64,000 nt of DNA from a virus (IMGVR_UViG_3300007553_000105:1-64000), one strand, 5' to 3'. Shown: positions 9,247 to 18,954, counted from the stretch's first letter. Notes: a model not told the origin generated them from the letters alone. Translations and numbers: made by a program.

Positions 9247-10205
9247 GCACTAAGTTCCTTTTCTTTTTCATGATGCTTATACCAATTATATGCTGTTGCA
9301 ATAATACTGTCAAGTTTTAATTCTGGTTGCCAATCTAGTCTATTATTTGCTGCGTTAATATCAGCACATAGTATGGCAGGGTCTCCTGCACGTCTTGGTC
9401 CTATTTCATACAAAGTATTTAGGCCTGTGATTTTATTTACTTGATCTATGATCTCAAAAACGCTATTCCCTGTTCCTGACCCTAGATTAATAATTTCACA
9501 CACTGTATGGCTCTCTAGTCTACGAACACTTTTTACAATAGCACGTGCAATGTCTTTTACGTGTACGTAATCTCTAATACAAGTACCATCTGGTGTTTCG
9601 TAATCATCGCCGTAAACCTGTACCGGACGGTCTGCAATAGCACTTTCCATAATACGTGCAATAAGGTGAGTTGCTGCTTTTTCTTGTCCAAAATCGCCGT
9701 CAGGATCTGCGCCTGCTACATTAAAGAATCGAAGACTAATACTGCTTATACCGTATGCTTTGAAAACGTCTGCCAACATTAGTTCAGTAATACGTTTGCT
9801 TTGGCCGTATGGGTTACAAGGATGCACGTCATCCGTTTCTTTACAGATCCCTGATGCATTTCCATATGTTGCTGCACTACTAGCAAAGACAAATTTCTTT
9901 ACTCCGTGTGCTTTGCACATTTCCAATAGTTTAATGGTTGAGTTTACATTATTGGAATAATAAGGAAGTGGATCTACAACACTGGGCCCTACTAGACTCG
10001 TTGCTCCAATATGAACAACTGTGTCTACATCAGTCATAGCTGAATCCACTAGATCACTATCATAACTAGTGGTCAATTCAATATCAACATACGGGTGCTT
10101 TACTTTATTGCGATCAACCGCAACAACTGTATAACCGCTTTGCTTTAATTCTTTACAGGTTTGGGAGCCAATGTAACCACTGGCTCCTGTTACTAATACT
10201 TTCAA
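9243..10205 (-). CDS. galE: UDP-glucose 4-epimerase
   Basis: VTGASGYIGS, YGQSK, LRFFNVAGADP, DGTCIRDYVHV and RRAGDP motifs. Confidence 0.92.
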   Translation of the reverse strand: MKVLVTGASGYIGSQTCKELKQSGYTVVAVDRNKVKHPYVDIELTTSYDSDLVDSAMTDVDTVVHIGATSLVGPSVVDPLPYYSNNVNSTIKLLEMCKAHGVKKFVFASSAATYGNASGICKETDDVHPCNPYGQSKRITELMLADVFKAYGISSISLRFFNVAGADPDGDFGQEKAATHLIARIMESAIADRPVQVYGDDYETPDGTCIRDYVHVKDIARAIVKSVRRLESHTVCEIINLGSGTGNSVFEIIDQVNKITGLNTLYEIGPRRAGDPAILCADINAANNRLDWQPELKLDSIIATAYNWYKHHEKEKELSA

Positions 10206-11377
10206 TATTTCTTCTCCGATACATAGTCGCGATATCTATTACCGTCTCTACGCCACTGCTCGCCATTTCCTTGCATGATGTCAATATAACGATCAATTGT
10301 CGCACTGGTCCAATCTGAAATTTTACCAATATCAGCGTGTTGTTTTTCGAGTAGTGCAGATAATTTCTGCATTGCATCTGTTTTACTCCACGGGACGTAC
10401 ATACGAGTATAATCGTTATTGAAGATTTCTGGGAAGCTACGATAGGCAGGAAATAGTACATTGCATCCTAGAGCGTCAGCTTCACTCACAGTGTTACTTG
10501 TCCAGTCCTGCAAAGCACAATTAAACATTACTCTACTGTCATTGACAATGTCATAATATTCGTTTTTCTTGAGATTTTCGTAGATACGTAGTTGCCCGCG
10601 TTCTTCCATTTTACGAGCACGATCAATATACTTTTGATTGTTGCTGCGCAGTGGGCCGCCCTGTAGAATAGCAAACTCTACGTCAGGTGTACCAGGAGTA
10701 CCATACCATTCTTCAATCATATCCATGTAGAAGTCTGGCTGTTTTTCTTGGTCAAAACGAGCTGCAAATACAACACGATTGGCACGTTCATTGAAAGGCT
10801 TGATTGCTCCTGCACGTTCACGAACTTCGCCTTTATCAAAAGCAAGGCCGCTAATATTGTAAATTGGAGCTCGCCAGTTTGCAATCTTCATATGCGCAAC
10901 CATTTCTTCATTACTTGCTAGTACGCCAGTAACAAACTCGTTGCACATTTCTTCATACAAACTCATCCACTTGCTCATGCCCCAGACATGCACAAAGTCG
11001 TCTGGATCAATCGCTTGTGCAAGACAACGGATCCAAACTTGAGGACGCTGCTCTGCTGGAATCTGATCCATAATGTATGGAAGTGATTCAATACCGGGCT
11101 GAAACATATCTTCAAAGAAGACTGCATCTTCACTGGTAACTTCGCCGTTGCGCATCATTTGCACAAGGTTCATCATTTGTGACATTGCGAAATAAGAACG
11201 GCCATGTGCATCAAGCACTTGGCCTACACTAATCGCTTTTGTATTGTCAATTGTAATACCTGGAACATCTACCCAGTCGATATCTCGACGTGCAAAAGCA
11301 CGTCGAGACCACTCTGTTAATTGCAGTGTATACCGACCTTCATATGGTTCCAAGCCCATATAAAAGAGTTTACGCAT
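10202..11377 (-). CDS. GT-B fold glycosyltransferase (GT4/RfaG-like)
   Basis: VVFAARFDQEKQP and NTVSEADALGCNVLFP C-terminal donor-binding motifs. Confidence 0.75.
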   Translation of the reverse strand: MRKLFYMGLEPYEGRYTLQLTEWSRRAFARRDIDWVDVPGITIDNTKAISVGQVLDAHGRSYFAMSQMMNLVQMMRNGEVTSEDAVFFEDMFQPGIESLPYIMDQIPAEQRPQVWIRCLAQAIDPDDFVHVWGMSKWMSLYEEMCNEFVTGVLASNEEMVAHMKIANWRAPIYNISGLAFDKGEVRERAGAIKPFNERANRVVFAARFDQEKQPDFYMDMIEEWYGTPGTPDVEFAILQGGPLRSNNQKYIDRARKMEERGQLRIYENLKKNEYYDIVNDSRVMFNCALQDWTSNTVSEADALGCNVLFPAYRSFPEIFNNDYTRMYVPWSKTDAMQKLSALLEKQHADIGKISDWTSATIDRYIDIMQGNGEQWRRDGNRYRDYVSEKKY

Positions 11378-11382
11378 TATTT

Positions 11383-11724
11383 TTATTTCTGTGCTGATTG
11401 TAGGGCACCTACGTGAATTTTCAATTTCTTAGCTGAACGATCACGTTGGATTTTAACACTTACGTCAAATGTTACTGCATTATCTTTTACATTTGAAAAG
11501 ATACTGTACTCTTGCAACTTGTGGCAACGCTTGAGATCAAACAAATATGCTTCAAACAGTCCACGTACACGGGTAGTGTCTTTACCGTTGTACATATATC
11601 CATCAAATGGCTCAATGATTTTCAGGAGATCGTATTTGATATCCTGTAGTGAAAATGATCCGCCAATGTGGTAGGCCTCAGTTGCATTTGCAGTTTTTGC
11701 AGTTTTTGCAGTTTCAGTAGTCAT
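11383..11724 (-). CDS. hypothetical phage protein
   Basis: ORF within the operon, with an RBS-like AGGA. Confidence 0.6.
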   Translation of the reverse strand: MTTETAKTAKTANATEAYHIGGSFSLQDIKYDLLKIIEPFDGYMYNGKDTTRVRGLFEAYLFDLKRCHKLQEYSIFSNVKDNAVTFDVSVKIQRDRSAKKLKIHVGALQSAQK

Positions 11725-11756
11725 GTTTTATTTTCCTAATCTGTTAGGGGTTGATA

Positions 11757-12155
11757 TTAAAGTGTGTATTCGTGGTAAAAGGAAAGTTCAGCACCGTTTT
11801 CGTTATCTTCGGATACTGAGATTGTAAAGTTGCGACCTGGATAGCGTTGATCGATTTCTTTTGCTAGATCTTCTGCCATCATTTCGCAGCTTTTGTAGTC
11901 CAACTCCAAGGTACCCTCAGAGTATAGACGCTCCATCCAGCGTTTAAACTGAATGAACTCGATATCACGATCGTTATGAGTAACTTCAATAGCTACACGA
12001 AAGTGAAAAATATGTCGGTGGGGGACGCCTAGAAAACTAACGTCGTCCCAGCCACCTGTCGCCAAATTTGGGTCTGTAGCGGCTGCGGGGTAACAGTGGA
12101 TGCCTTCCTTAGCAAAGGTAACCCAAATTTGTCGCTTACTTACACGAACAGTCAT
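11757..12155 (-). CDS. divergent 6-pyruvoyl-tetrahydropterin synthase / QueD-like T-fold protein
   Basis: PHRHIFHFRV (HxH), DIEFIQFK, SCEMMA and VSEDNENGA resemble PTPS/QueD; located near folE and queE. Confidence 0.65.
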   Translation of the reverse strand: MTVRVSKRQIWVTFAKEGIHCYPAAATDPNLATGGWDDVSFLGVPHRHIFHFRVAIEVTHNDRDIEFIQFKRWMERLYSEGTLELDYKSCEMMAEDLAKEIDQRYPGRNFTISVSEDNENGAELSFYHEYTL

Positions 12156-12167
12156 GTTTTAACCTTT

Positions 12168-12344
12168 TTATTCGCCAGCAGCTTTGCGGGCAAGTTTAAG
12201 AATTTCCCATAGTTTCCAGTCAATTTTTTCTGCAAAGTCTAGCATTTTATCAATGTCTTCGCGAGTCAGTGCTGAACCAGCTGATGTATTGGTAGTTACA
12301 TCTTTTGCTTCTTCATCAATTAAACGGATTTTTTTAGTAGTCAT
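12168..12344 (-). CDS. small hypothetical protein (58 aa)
   Basis: Manual translation MTTKKIRLIDEE...KIDWKLWEILKLARKAAGE; AAGGAG RBS and promoter upstream. Confidence 0.7.
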   Translation of the reverse strand: MTTKKIRLIDEEAKDVTTNTSAGSALTREDIDKMLDFAEKIDWKLWEILKLARKAAGE

Positions 12345-12370
12345 TAAACATCTCCTTGTTTATGTGTATC

Positions 12371-12399
12371 AATATACTGCATCATTAATATGATGTCAA
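12371..12399 (-). promoter_or_regulatory. sigma70-type promoter
   Basis: TTGACA-17 nt-TATATT on the minus strand. Confidence 0.85.
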
Positions 12400-12402
12400 G
12401 CA

Positions 12403-12597
12403 TTATGTTAGTGTGTTAAGTTCTTTTTCAGTTTGCGTGATCTCTTCTTTAAGTTGAAGTTTTTCACGCTTGAGCGTGGCGATTTCAAAATCGTCCGCCA
12501 TGTTAGTTCTATAAAGTTCATTAATATGCATATCTAGGCTGCGGTGCTTACGCTCTAGCGCAGTTAGATGACGGTGTAGGCTTGCTTTTGTAGCCAT
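12403..12597 (-). CDS. DUF465/YdcH-family coiled-coil protein
   Basis: LERKHRSLDMHI...LKREKLQLKEEI; start MATKAS after an AAGGAG RBS. Confidence 0.75.
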   Translation of the reverse strand: MATKASLHRHLTALERKHRSLDMHINELYRTNMADDFEIATLKREKLQLKEEITQTEKELNTLT

Positions 12598-12613
12598 GTG
12601 TTTCTCCTTATAG

Positions 12614-14119
12614 CTATTCCATATTTTCAAAGAATTCTTCTGCTTCTTCAGCATCTTCTTCGTTGTAGTCACAGTCGTTGTCGTTTTGTACAACGTCAAA
12701 TAGCCCAGCAAAAGAACTAGATTTTACACTCTTTGTTCCATTGAAGTCTGATAGTAGTGATTGTACTGGTTCACTGTCAAGTAGTGACATTGGTGTTTCA
12801 CTCTTAAACAGTTCATCAATAAAGTTAACCATGTAAATGATCTTTGATGGGACCCATGGACTTAGTGAAAGATTTGCTTTCTTGTTTGCTTTAAAGTGGG
12901 CCCATTCTGATACGTCTGTTCCACTGTTTAGCATAACTGCCGCATCAGTCACTGTGTTAGCACGTTGTACACTCTCAATGTGCTGATACACGTTGTGTGC
13001 CATTAGTAGGAAATAAGTGAAGCTATCCCAACTAGTTTTGCCTTCTTTGCCAATCTTATTAAGCATTCCTGGTGCATAATGACACACATCACCCATGGCC
13101 ATACGCTCTCCAATAGGACTGCCCCATGGGAAGGGGATATCACTTCCTGCAAACATTTTGTTATCAATGGCGCTGTCCATGACATAACCAAAGCGATCAT
13201 GCCTATGCACGTGCTGTGTATAAAGTTGACCCTTTGCGGTTGCAATAAACGGACTTGCACAATCAAACATTACTTCAACATCTTCGTTGACATACTGTTT
13301 TAGATTACGCTTAATAGCAGTCAATGCAACAGCCCAATCAAGTTTGCTTGTTCCTAGGAAGTGCAGTAAATCACGCTCACCTTTTTCAAGTAGCTTTTGA
13401 TCACGCATTTGAATGATGTGTCTCAGTGTAATAAGCATGTTGTACTTGGTAGCACCGCCAAACGCCCAACCATCAAGTGGTAGATGCTTTACTGCATCAA
13501 ACCATGTCTGTGCTTCCTCAGGTGTTCTACCCTGAAGAACGTTCATATATTTTGTTTTCCCTAACCTATTACGTGCAAACCAATCCGCATTGAACAGTGT
13601 ATAATCAAGACATTGATTAAAGTCTTGAATACCTGTCTTTGCTTTGTATGGTTCACTAGCGGCCATGGTGGGAATATCTAGAATCATGCTGTAATCAGCA
13701 GTATGCTCTAGCCAGTTAAGGATTGTTTGGCGAAGACTATCATCCGTTTTAAAGTTGCCCCAGTCACATTTAATAACGCCTTTGATAATCTGGAAGCCGC
13801 CAGAGTCACCCAGGATAAATGTATTCTTCCTGTCTCTCTTTTGTACCATGTGATCATCAACGTCTGCTTTATTCAAATTCAACTGCGCATGGCCTGCAGA
13901 ATACAAGCCCCACTTATATGAATAATATGCGTTCTCTTTCTTAAGAAAGTCACACCCGTCTACGCCAAACTCGAATCCGTTTGGCACACGATCGTCTGCA
14001 ACAAAAGTATTGCCATCTGATCTATATTTTGAAAGTGCTCTACTATAGAATGTACTAATACTTGGTAAGAATACGCTATAGTCTTTGTTTGTTGCGGTTA
14101 GATCTTTAACTTGTGCCAT
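12614..14119 (-). CDS. tRNA-guanine transglycosylase-fold protein (TGT/DpdA-like base-exchange enzyme)
   Basis: GDSGGFQ, MILDIP, VLQG, HFLG, FDCASP and HN motifs in TGT order. Confidence 0.8.
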   Translation of the reverse strand: MAQVKDLTATNKDYSVFLPSISTFYSRALSKYRSDGNTFVADDRVPNGFEFGVDGCDFLKKENAYYSYKWGLYSAGHAQLNLNKADVDDHMVQKRDRKNTFILGDSGGFQIIKGVIKCDWGNFKTDDSLRQTILNWLEHTADYSMILDIPTMAASEPYKAKTGIQDFNQCLDYTLFNADWFARNRLGKTKYMNVLQGRTPEEAQTWFDAVKHLPLDGWAFGGATKYNMLITLRHIIQMRDQKLLEKGERDLLHFLGTSKLDWAVALTAIKRNLKQYVNEDVEVMFDCASPFIATAKGQLYTQHVHRHDRFGYVMDSAIDNKMFAGSDIPFPWGSPIGERMAMGDVCHYAPGMLNKIGKEGKTSWDSFTYFLLMAHNVYQHIESVQRANTVTDAAVMLNSGTDVSEWAHFKANKKANLSLSPWVPSKIIYMVNFIDELFKSETPMSLLDSEPVQSLLSDFNGTKSVKSSSFAGLFDVVQNDNDCDYNEEDAEEAEEFFENME

Positions 14120-14127
14120 TATTATCC

Positions 14128-14877
14128 TTACACTGTCATAGCTGGAAGAATGTAGTCATACTTTGCGATGCCGCTGTCTACGCTAATCTGTAGTGCGCCG
14201 CGCTTACTAATTTGCATGATACAAGATCCGCTCATACCAAGTTTTAGAATTGCAAGCACTTTAGCAAGTGGCCATGCATATCCTTCAGTTAGCTCACCAT
14301 CAACATTGGTTGCAAATGTACGCTTACCAGTAAAGCTACCATCAGCAGCACCAACAGTTACGATGAGATCACCGTTGTCTGTTTTTACTGTAAAGTTAGG
14401 CTCAATGCCACCGTAAATGCCAGCAACTTGGGTTAGTTCGCTAACTTTTTGCTTTGTGGGTTCAAATGTAATATCCCACTCTACGCCTTTAAACTTTACA
14501 GTTTGCAAGGCTTGATTAATGAGCTCTTTGCCCATGAAACGATATTGGTCAGTGTTACTTGCACCATCTTTAAACAGCAGATGGTCTGGCTCAGTAACGC
14601 CATTACGCTCTCTGGTAACAACTTCTACTGTTGCATCATCTCCCTGATAGTTGGGAAGACCAGTAATACCTGCCAAGAACCCTAGGTTACCCAAGCCAAA
14701 CTCACCAGTGAACTCTTGTACTGGGGCGTGTACTGCTGCTTTTAGGATAACTGTACGGTCTGCGTCCATGGCATCTAGAGTTGTTTCGTTCTCTGTGCCT
14801 GTTACTTTTACTGCTTGAATGAAGCCTAGTGCGGCTGTATGTTTTACAATATCTTGAACTACGTCACGTGTTGTCAT
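14128..14877 (-). CDS. putative DNA polymerase sliding clamp (gp45/PCNA-like)
   Basis: About 250 aa with a clamp-like pattern (AMDADRTVIL...KYDYILPA); recognised from jumbo-phage homologs by recollection only. Confidence 0.6.
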   Translation of the reverse strand: MTTRDVVQDIVKHTAALGFIQAVKVTGTENETTLDAMDADRTVILKAAVHAPVQEFTGEFGLGNLGFLAGITGLPNYQGDDATVEVVTRERNGVTEPDHLLFKDGASNTDQYRFMGKELINQALQTVKFKGVEWDITFEPTKQKVSELTQVAGIYGGIEPNFTVKTDNGDLIVTVGAADGSFTGKRTFATNVDGELTEGYAWPLAKVLAILKLGMSGSCIMQISKRGALQISVDSGIAKYDYILPAMTV

Positions 14878-14900
14878 TATAGACTCCTTATAATGATTTC

Positions 14901-14929
14901 AGTATACATGGTTTACTGTGTGTTGTCAA
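14901..14929 (-). promoter_or_regulatory. sigma70-type promoter
   Basis: TTGACA-17 nt-TATACT on the minus strand; AAGGAG RBS downstream. Confidence 0.85.
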
Positions 14930-15860
14930 TGAGTTTTTTATTAATTTCGATAACTTTTTGCAGTATTTCGCTGCCAGTATATTCCACGAACGCTTCTGTA
15001 TCCTTGGGGAAACAATGTCCACCGTAGCCCAGCTTACCCTCATCATTCATTGCCATGTGGCTGGGTCCAATGTTTGGAAATTTTGCAAGTATGCTGATAA
15101 GTTCGTCGTGTTGATAGCTGTCGCCAACTAGTTTATAGATCTCATGGAAGTATGCTACTTTCATAGCAAGCCAGGTATTGTGCATATACTTCACCATGCT
15201 GGCAGTTGTGCGATCTGTTCTGATGAATTCAACACCCTGCATAAAACTAAACACACGTTGCCAGTAAGCGCCGTCTGCTCCCCCAAGTATAAACACACGT
15301 TGATTAGCAAAGTCTTCAGCGGCAGTTTTAGCACGTAGGAATTCTGGATTATATGTTACATTAGCTGGCAACTTCTCAAGTTGATCTGGGGGAACAGTAC
15401 TTTTAAGTAGGATTTTGATGTCAGGATTAGCTGCAATCAGCTGTGTTACTACGTCTACTATGACGCTGTCATCACATACTCCGTTTACTGTTGGTGTTGG
15501 GACCGCAACAATCGCAGCTTGCGCATCTGCATGATCTGCAATTTGCTCATCACTGTGCGCTGGATCAATAATGATGTGCTGTTTTATGTGTGGCAAAATG
15601 TAGTCACCAGTGGCCTTGCCTACAAACCCATACCCAACTGAAAGTAACTTTAGTTCACTGCGTATTGCTGCACCTTCTTGCTGCCGTTCTTCGTCACGTA
15701 CTTCATCACGCAAACGTTTTAATTCACTCGCATAGTGATTTACTTGAAACTTGCTGCCAGAGTCGCCGCTCTTTACATATTGTTCCATTGCAAGGTCTAA
15801 ATTGTTTTCAATGTTACGAATAATACTACTATATTGTTGACGTTTGGTTAGAGTTGTCAT
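14913..15860 (-). CDS. UDP-glucose/GDP-mannose dehydrogenase-family protein with an N-terminal extension
   Basis: GYGFVG, VPTP, KSTVPP, NPEFLR, KYMHN and GYGGHCFPKD motifs; lacks the C-terminal domain. Confidence 0.85.
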   Translation of the reverse strand: MTTLTKRQQYSSIIRNIENNLDLAMEQYVKSGDSGSKFQVNHYASELKRLRDEVRDEERQQEGAAIRSELKLLSVGYGFVGKATGDYILPHIKQHIIIDPAHSDEQIADHADAQAAIVAVPTPTVNGVCDDSVIVDVVTQLIAANPDIKILLKSTVPPDQLEKLPANVTYNPEFLRAKTAAEDFANQRVFILGGADGAYWQRVFSFMQGVEFIRTDRTTASMVKYMHNTWLAMKVAYFHEIYKLVGDSYQHDELISILAKFPNIGPSHMAMNDEGKLGYGGHCFPKDTEAFVEYTGSEILQKVIEINKKLIDNTQ

Positions 15861-16819
15861 CTATGTTTCCGTGTTCTCATATCTGTTGCGTTCATGCAAC
15901 GTGGTTGTTGGCATATTAATGGTTCAGTAGGCCACTGTATATTGTCAATATCGTCCATGTGACCAAATGTCGTTCTTCCTTGTGGGCACCAGCTGCCTGC
16001 TTGAATGCCCTGCTCATTATTAATGTATATCTTGTCAATACCAATATAACAATGCATACCTGTTAAGTCATTCTGATAACGATTTATAAGTTTATTGCAG
16101 TTTAAGCTCTGACGTTCACCGGTATCCCAGACAACATCATGATCCACTTCTACTACTGCTGGCTTTGGCATAGCCTTGTGCCAGCTTTTATTGTAATTGT
16201 TGAATACACTATATGTGCTGAATACTTCCAATTGTTCAGGCGTATAGGGATAAACGTCTGCACCAAAATCTATTCGTAGTTGCTTTAGCGTTACACTATA
16301 TCCTGTGTTTATGCTGGCTAATCTACTGGCTAGTTCAATACATTCGTCCCAGCGGTCAGGCAGCATTGGCACAACTACGTTTAGTTCATTGATACCAGGC
16401 TCATAGAACTCACGGCATAATGCCACCAGGTGATCAGCGTCAGCATATTCAACATGTGCTGTTAGGTTAACAGTGTTAATAAGATGTTTGTATTGCCGCC
16501 ACCAGCGTATTGTGCGACTGCCATTAGTAATGATGTTTACAAGGTTGCGTGGATTTACTTGTTTGATGTGTTTTACGATTGTACTGAATCGTGGATGTAA
16601 AGTGGGCTCACCCCCGCTTATAACATACTGACACGGGCGCTGATAATGTTCTGTTAGTTTATCGATAAGTGCAACTGTTTTATCATAACTTGGGTAGGGG
16701 TGTCTTCCATCATGTAAATTTGGCGGGCAATAACTACATGCCTGATTGCAGGTTGATCCTAGTGTCCAGTCTACTACTATAGTATCCTGAAGTGGTATGA
16801 TCTCCTGCACACGCTTCAT
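15857..16819 (-). CDS. radical SAM protein with C-terminal Cys-rich (SPASM/twitch-like) domain
   Basis: CNQACSYC, GGEPTLHP and TNGSR motifs. Confidence 0.88.
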   Translation of the reverse strand: MKRVQEIIPLQDTIVVDWTLGSTCNQACSYCPPNLHDGRHPYPSYDKTVALIDKLTEHYQRPCQYVISGGEPTLHPRFSTIVKHIKQVNPRNLVNIITNGSRTIRWWRQYKHLINTVNLTAHVEYADADHLVALCREFYEPGINELNVVVPMLPDRWDECIELASRLASINTGYSVTLKQLRIDFGADVYPYTPEQLEVFSTYSVFNNYNKSWHKAMPKPAVVEVDHDVVWDTGERQSLNCNKLINRYQNDLTGMHCYIGIDKIYINNEQGIQAGSWCPQGRTTFGHMDDIDNIQWPTEPLICQQPRCMNATDMRTRKHR

Positions 16820-17904
16820 TTAAACTGTTCCGCAAACGGGTCAAATTCACTGCCGCATTTCATGCTGCATACCCCAAGTTTTCCATCTGCAATTGATGCT
16901 TTGTTCCAACTGCTTTCGATACTCTCCATGATGCCGCTTTCCATTGCTCCTTGCAATCCAAACAACTTTGCATTAATATTGTCTTTGCCGCCGGCGGCAT
17001 CTATAAAGTCCCAGATCTGTTCAATCTTAGGATCACTGTGCCACCATTTGTACATACGTCCTGCTGTCCAACAACACGGCATCACTACCCCTTCAGCAGT
17101 AACATAGATATTCTTTTCCTCTGCTACCTTACATTTGATGTATGCTTTATCATAATAGTCACGCATACTGCCGTACGTTTTTTCGATCTCTTTTTGCTTT
17201 AGTAAGGCAAGGTTTTGGTGCTCTGCTTTTTTCGGCTTAGCGAGCGTAGTAGTCTCTTTACCTTTACGGTTCTGTGCTTGGTGGGTATCTTTTGCTTTAC
17301 TTTCAGTGGTAATAAATCGCCCAGTTTTCTTACGGATAAATTTTTCAACACCCCATTCCTTCGCTAGTTCTTCTGCGCGGTCTACATCAACCTCGCTGTG
17401 TTCAAATATCAAGTAATCCCAGCGGGCTCTGCCGCCAGCATCAATAAACGCTCTCATATTGCGTTCAACAATATCCCAGTGTACACCCTGTCTGTATAAG
17501 TGGTTTGTATTCTCAAGTCCATCTACGCTAAAAATGACTGCGCCTTTACGCCCAATAACACCTGCAAGTTCACGCCACCAGTCAGCACTACGTGCGCCTG
17601 CGTTAGTGTTCATACTAAGCCACATATTGGGATTGTGTTCCCTGAAATAACGGAACACTTCCAACGTATCTAATGCGCTGATTGGATCTCCCAAGTTACC
17701 GCACATATACATTGTGTTAAGTTGTTTTATAAAATCTGTTTCGAATATTGTTTTACAATCTTCTAAACTAAGTTCTGCCAAGTTATTACGAATGTGTTGG
17801 TTAATCGCTCCGCCGTTTTCATTGCGGTCACACATTGGGCAACTAGCATTACATTTTTGTGTAATCTCTAAGTGTACTACACGTATGTCATTATATTTAT
17901 ACAC
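16816..17904 (-). CDS. radical SAM/SPASM-twitch protein
   Basis: CNASCPMC, GNLGDP, FSVDG, PCCW and CSMKC motifs. Confidence 0.88.
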   Translation of the reverse strand: MYKYNDIRVVHLEITQKCNASCPMCDRNENGGAINQHIRNNLAELSLEDCKTIFETDFIKQLNTMYMCGNLGDPISALDTLEVFRYFREHNPNMWLSMNTNAGARSADWWRELAGVIGRKGAVIFSVDGLENTNHLYRQGVHWDIVERNMRAFIDAGGRARWDYLIFEHSEVDVDRAEELAKEWGVEKFIRKKTGRFITTESKAKDTHQAQNRKGKETTTLAKPKKAEHQNLALLKQKEIEKTYGSMRDYYDKAYIKCKVAEEKNIYVTAEGVVMPCCWTAGRMYKWWHSDPKIEQIWDFIDAAGGKDNINAKLFGLQGAMESGIMESIESSWNKASIADGKLGVCSMKCGSEFDPFAEQFK

Positions 17905-18613
17905 TGTCTATACTCCAGTCGTCTGGCAATTGTAGATAATCAACAAGCAGGTTTTCGTTTTTTTGTTTATAATTGATAAACTTATTATACAATGTTTCCT
18001 CTGTGTTCTTATCACTAACTGACACACAAAATTCTATTATGTCTTTAATAGTTTTTTTATTAATATCTAAAAACAATTCTTTATATGTTACTGCCAAGAC
18101 TTGAATCCCGTGTCTCTTTAATTGTTTTAAAAAAAAGTTATAATGTCGATTTATTCTTCTGAAGTCTTTATACCACCATGCGTTTTTTGGTTGCGTATAC
18201 CTCATTCTCTTTTCAAATATCTCAAAGTTAGGAGAAATATTTACTTTTGCATCCATTAATAGTTTTGTTAACCAAATGTATTCTGCAGACAGTATCATTA
18301 TAAACTTCGTGTGTTTATATGTACGCAATATTTCTCGATATCTACTTAATGAAAATTTTTCTTCACCGAACTTATCACCTGTTTCTACTTTAAAAAATAG
18401 ATTCAAATGTCGTTCAACGACAAATTTGGGATTTCTATTGAAATACTCATTTCTATCATTGCCCGTTGTCTTTCCCTCATTAAGGTATTTTAGACCAAAA
18501 ACATGTTCTATTATCATTGTTGCCAAGAAATTGCCGCCAGCGCCGCCGTTAAACAAAACGATGGTATTGGCAGGTGGAAGAGGTTCCTTGTACTCTATCA
18601 TCCCCAAACCCAT
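17897..18613 (-). CDS. hypothetical protein, sulfotransferase/P-loop-like
   Basis: N-terminal GGAGGNFL and late YKELF motifs; AT-rich gene. Confidence 0.45.
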   Translation of the reverse strand: MGLGMIEYKEPLPPANTIVLFNGGAGGNFLATMIIEHVFGLKYLNEGKTTGNDRNEYFNRNPKFVVERHLNLFFKVETGDKFGEEKFSLSRYREILRTYKHTKFIMILSAEYIWLTKLLMDAKVNISPNFEIFEKRMRYTQPKNAWWYKDFRRINRHYNFFLKQLKRHGIQVLAVTYKELFLDINKKTIKDIIEFCVSVSDKNTEETLYNKFINYKQKNENLLVDYLQLPDDWSIDSV

Positions 18614-18954
18614 CCAATGATAAATTTGTCAACGATGAATGTCAACTCTGCGCCAATAAACACTGCCCAGTAATAATGCCCTAGCCAATTCCACAGTTGC
18701 TTGATAACAAACCATGCAGCAATAACACGCAATGTATACCAGAACTCTCCTACTAGGAAAGTATATAAATCTGGCAGGGCTTCGTCATGCCACATCCAGC
18801 CAAGTATAATGTTATCATAGTAATAGCTGATTTGCGCTGCTATAACCACGGCAACATAATATGTTACATAGCGATTAATAAATTTGATTAAGTTTGCAGT
18901 TATCGCTAAACGATATGCAACGTATGTTATGTTTTGTATTAGTAATTCAATCAA
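18598..18954 (-). CDS. small membrane protein
   Basis: Hydrophobic, aromatic-rich helices. Confidence 0.6.
   Translation of the reverse strand: MIELLIQNITYVAYRLAITANLIKFINRYVTYYVAVVIAAQISYYYDNIILGWMWHDEALPDLYTFLVGEFWYTLRVIAAWFVIKQLWNWLGHYYWAVFIGAELTFIVDKFIIGWVWG

Noticed and set aside
11685-11716. 9-bp tandem repeat encoding TAKTAKTAN
   Set aside because: Short low-complexity N-terminal slippage with no evidence of function.
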